IMG/VR virus record: IMGVR_UViG_3300045988_094189
Span: 1-42,303 of that record
Reading direction: 5' to 3' (one strand)
DNA from: a virus
Length of the DNA: 42,303 nt
Position 1 is the stretch's first letter. Each line of letters starts with the position of its first letter. A program made the position numbers and the translations under genes. Of the stretch, positions 39,994 to 42,303 are shown one piece after another. Below the pieces are notes generated by a model. It was not told where the DNA came from. It ran no database searches and saw only the letters and a program-made list of their open reading frames with translations.

Positions 39994-40034
39994 AACACAC
40001 ACTAATCTGTACGTGATTGGTGTGTGTTTTTTTA
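39994..40034 (+). terminator. Intrinsic terminator
   Basis: aacacacac ... gtgtgtgtt stem (9 bp) followed by ttttttatt. Confidence 0.8.
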
Positions 40035-40063
40035 TTATGCTGTAAGCGAAAGGAGATAAAGAT

Positions 40064-40408
40064 ATGTACGGTTTTAATCCTTATACAATGCCACAAGCCC
40101 CTGTGGGCGTGGTAAACAGCAACAGGGGGGAATTAATCAGAGTAACAGGTTTTGACGGTGCTAAAGCCTATCAGATGTCCCCTAACAGCAGTGTAGCACT
40201 CTTTGACAGCAACGAGGACATATTCTACGTCAAGACTACTGACGGAGCAGGCTTTCCTACAATCAGAGCTTTTAAGTTTACTCCAATGGAAACACAACAG
40301 CCTGCAAGTGAATTTGTAACAAGAGATGAATTTGAGAGATTAAGGCAGGAGGTATTAAGTTATGGCAAGCAGTTTGTTCCAAACGAAGAAGCTCAGCAAT
40401 CAGAGTAA
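40064..40408 (+). CDS. Cargo-module protein, unknown function
   Basis: 114 aa, SD GAAAGGAG. MYGFNPYTMPQAPVGVV...FYVKTTDGAGFPTIRAFKF. Confidence 0.65.
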   Translation: MYGFNPYTMPQAPVGVVNSNRGELIRVTGFDGAKAYQMSPNSSVALFDSNEDIFYVKTTDGAGFPTIRAFKFTPMETQQPASEFVTRDEFERLRQEVLSYGKQFVPNEEAQQSE

Positions 40409-40589
40409 CATAATGTCACTGATAAAGGGCAATCCGGTGCAGGCTTTAACAGGAATCCTGCAGAAAAACCCACAGATGAAAAACATGCTAGACGCTATGG
40501 TAAAAGGGAAAGATCCGAAAGAGGTCTTTTATCAGAAGTGCAATGAGATGGGATATGATCCGGAAGACATTTTAAAACTGATACGTTAG
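40362..40589 (+). CDS. Cargo-module small protein (start uncertain)
   Basis: The ATG at 40362 follows GGAGG by 9 nt but overlaps the upstream gene by 47 nt. The alternative ATG at 40413 gives 58 aa. Confidence 0.5.
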   Translation: MASSLFQTKKLSNQSNIMSLIKGNPVQALTGILQKNPQMKNMLDAMVKGKDPKEVFYQKCNEMGYDPEDILKLIR

Positions 40590-40631
40590 CCTTTAAGGCT
40601 TTTGTAAATAAACTCAGAAAGGGGTATTGAG

Positions 40632-41213
40632 ATGGACAACAACTTATCACTAGCAGACATTGCAGCAGTAAGCGGCAAAGAGGGAGCAAGCGGCGGCGGA
40701 CTATGGATATTCGCTCTGCTTATACTTTTACTTATCGGAGCAGGCGGCGGCGGCTTCTTTGGCGGGGGTGCAGCGTCAAATGCAATGACACAGGCTGATT
40801 TATGTATGAACTCACAGTTCCAGAACTTAAATCAGAATGTGAACGATATCGGGCAGAGACAGTTCATGCAGGCCAACGAGCACACTAAGGACATTGCCAC
40901 AGCTTCGGCAGCAATGCTCACAGGCTTTGACACAGTAGGCTCTAAGATTGATAACTGCTGCTGCGAAACAAACAGAAATATCGACAGCGTAAAGTTCGAT
41001 ATGGCAAACTATGTAGCCTCTATTAATGCTACGTCTACAGCCAACGCACAGAAAATCTTAGATAAAATGTGCGAAAATCAGATGTCTGCAATGCAGAATG
41101 AAATTCAGACACTGAAACTGCAGCAGGCAATGTGCGGCGTTCCGAAAGTCAATCCTTACGGATATGGAATTGTACCGACATTCAGCGGCTGCGGAAATCT
41201 GACAAACATCTAG
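40632..41213 (+). CDS. Gly-rich single-pass membrane protein with Cys-rich coiled-coil ectodomain
   Basis: 193 aa. GASGGGLWIFALLILLLIGAGGGGFFGGG resembles the YjcZ-type tiny sporulation membrane peptides. It is followed by CCCETNRN and C-terminal MCGVPKVNPYGYG. Confidence 0.65.
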   Translation: MDNNLSLADIAAVSGKEGASGGGLWIFALLILLLIGAGGGGFFGGGAASNAMTQADLCMNSQFQNLNQNVNDIGQRQFMQANEHTKDIATASAAMLTGFDTVGSKIDNCCCETNRNIDSVKFDMANYVASINATSTANAQKILDKMCENQMSAMQNEIQTLKLQQAMCGVPKVNPYGYGIVPTFSGCGNLTNI

Positions 41214-41223
41214 TCGAGGGGAT

Positions 41224-41248
41224 AAAAGAGGTCTTACGGACCTCTTTT
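41224..41248 (+). terminator. Intrinsic terminator/attenuator inside the cargo module
   Basis: aaaagaggtc-ttacg-gacctctttt. Confidence 0.6.
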
Positions 41249-41264
41249 GAGAAAGGAGAAAAAA

Positions 41265-41669
41265 ATGAGCTGTAAATCGGGAATATACACAGCAAACACT
41301 ACACAGGGTACAGCCGTTGCTAACGGTGGAATATTACCTTTAGGTAATATCATCAGACGATACGGACAGCATATCAACTTAGGCGGTAACGGTATCACTC
41401 TTACAGGTGGCGGATATTACGATGTAGACGCTACAGTAACAGTAACAGCTGCAGCGGCAGGTCCTGTGTCAGTGGCATTATACTTAAACGGCGTTGCTGT
41501 GCCGGGAGCGGTTGCTACAGTAACAGCGGCAGCAGATGGGATTGTAACACTTCCTGTTTCTGCACTGGTAAGGCTTAACGGCTGTAATGCAGAGGGAACT
41601 CTTACTCTTGTAGTCGGCGGACAGGCTGTAACCACATACAACACAGCAATGGTTGTAGAGAAGATATAA
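41265..41669 (+). CDS. BclA C-terminal-domain-like (C1q/TNF jelly-roll) protein
   Basis: 134 aa from ATG 41265 (SD GAAAGGAG). GGGYYDVDATVTVTAAAAGPVSVALYLNGVAVPG...TLVVGG...TAMVVEKI parallels the Bacillus BclA C-terminal domain (GFYKITVIANTA...LTIQVNGVPVPG...SASIIIEKVA), recalled from memory. Confidence 0.6.
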   Translation: MSCKSGIYTANTTQGTAVANGGILPLGNIIRRYGQHINLGGNGITLTGGGYYDVDATVTVTAAAAGPVSVALYLNGVAVPGAVATVTAAADGIVTLPVSALVRLNGCNAEGTLTLVVGGQAVTTYNTAMVVEKI

Positions 41670-41681
41670 GGCGGTGATGTT

Positions 41682-42122
41682 ATGGGCTTAAGAGACATTA
41701 CGGATAAAATCTACGCCTTAGACGACAAAGAGAAAAAGGAAAAGGCTAACGACCTTTACTACAAGTCAGCGCAAATGCTTAAACATCATAACCCGCAGGC
41801 GTATGAGCAGCTTGTCAGAGAAGCAGAAAATATCTTTTATGACATTGACGAAGAAAAGGCTGTACTGATAGTCAGGAAGATGATACCTTTCGGCGAGCGG
41901 TGGACTTACGACACAGTGAAACAGTTTATCGCCACAAAAGGAATTACAGACAGGTGCATTGAATACTACTTAGCGATGAATATGGCATACAATGACTATT
42001 ACGAAGTGGCTGCCAAATACGGCAATGATAATGAGGATTACTTCTTTGACATAGCTAAAGCATTTGTAGATGATAAAGACGCAGTGCCGAATAAGGTTGC
42101 AAAATACTTTATGCTGACATAA
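41682..42122 (+). CDS. Cargo-module helical protein, unknown function
   Basis: 146 aa. Last gene before the strong terminator and the att-side region. Confidence 0.6.
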   Translation: MGLRDITDKIYALDDKEKKEKANDLYYKSAQMLKHHNPQAYEQLVREAENIFYDIDEEKAVLIVRKMIPFGERWTYDTVKQFIATKGITDRCIEYYLAMNMAYNDYYEVAAKYGNDNEDYFFDIAKAFVDDKDAVPNKVAKYFMLT

Positions 42123-42160
42123 AGACAAAAACCACAGTTTTACCTGTGGTTTTGTCTTAT
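42121..42160 (+). terminator. Strong intrinsic terminator at the end of the rightward transcription unit
   Basis: aagacaaaaaccacag-ttttac-ctgtggttttgtctt (15-bp stem with one bulge). Confidence 0.85.
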
Positions 42161-42177
42161 AAGAAAGGTCACATAAA

Positions 42178-42194
42178 AGTACTAAAAAGGTACT
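42178..42194. repeat. (A/G)GTACTAAAAAGGTACT tandem motif (candidate integrase arm-type site), copy A
   Basis: agtactaaaaaggtact, followed by aaaaaa. It partly lies inside the terminal repeat (equivalent to window positions ..10). Confidence 0.45.
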
Positions 42195-42303
42195 AAAAAA
42201 TTATTTAAAACGCTTTTTTTCACATATAATATCCAAAATCAGCGTATTAAAAACGTTGAAATATCAACATTTATCAAAATCTATTAAGATTAATAATTCT
42301 ATG
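42185..42303. repeat. Right copy of exact 119-bp terminal direct repeat
   Basis: Identical to 1..119 and runs exactly to the window edge. Confidence 0.95.

Larger units (their letters stand above)
1..42303. mobile_element. Complete temperate phage genome (unique length 42,184 bp plus 119-bp terminal overlap)
   Basis: Canonical order: int, repressor/cro switch, replication/recombination, late activator, terS/terL, portal, scaffold, capsid, tail/fibres, holin/endolysin, cargo. The window begins and ends with the same 119 bp. No host genes are present. Confidence 0.9.

Overview
The window is a complete temperate phage genome from a Gram-positive (Firmicutes/Clostridia-type) host. The first 119 bp are identical to the last 119 bp, so the unique length is 42,184 bp and the sequence is either circularly closed or terminally redundant. 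No flanking host DNA is visible. Nearly all genes lie on the + strand, are tightly packed, and have AGGAGG-type ribosome-binding sites (SD). Modules in order:

- (1) Lysogeny module, 191-3398: a Tn916-type tyrosine integrase, two accessory membrane/secreted proteins, a cI-like XRE repressor (all minus strand), an operator-rich switch, a Cro-like XRE protein and a small Xis-like HTH protein.
- (2) Early replication/recombination module, 3395-15992: a lipoprotein lytic transglycosylase, a replication organiser with an internal iteron-like origin, a G39P-like loader, a Rad52-like annealing protein, DUF1351, NinB-like, SSB and two HNH endonucleases. It also holds a nonapeptide-repeat protein, an AT-rich island of small unknown genes, a Lar-like restriction-alleviation protein, a RuvC-like resolvase and an ArpU/RinA-like late activator.
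- (3) Antisense five-gene cassette, 16037-17514: it has its own consensus promoter gated by two palindromic operators. This is my best candidate for an undescribed anti-defence or accessory system.
- (4) Packaging and morphogenesis, 17769-38377: terS, then a ~420-bp structured spacer ending in an aberrant tRNA-like element, then terL, portal, scaffold and a P22-type coat protein. These are followed by a tail module that looks podovirus-like, three fibre/receptor-binding genes and three large internal/ejection-type proteins, including a 1497-aa polyvalent-like protein.
- (5) Lysis, 38388-39756: holin plus an Amidase_3-SH3 endolysin.
- (6) Post-lysis cargo module bracketed by terminators, 39763-42160: a sigma-region-4-like regulator, a Gly-rich membrane protein and a BclA-C-terminal-domain-like protein.

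All functional calls come from motif recognition by eye and memory of protein families; no database search was run.
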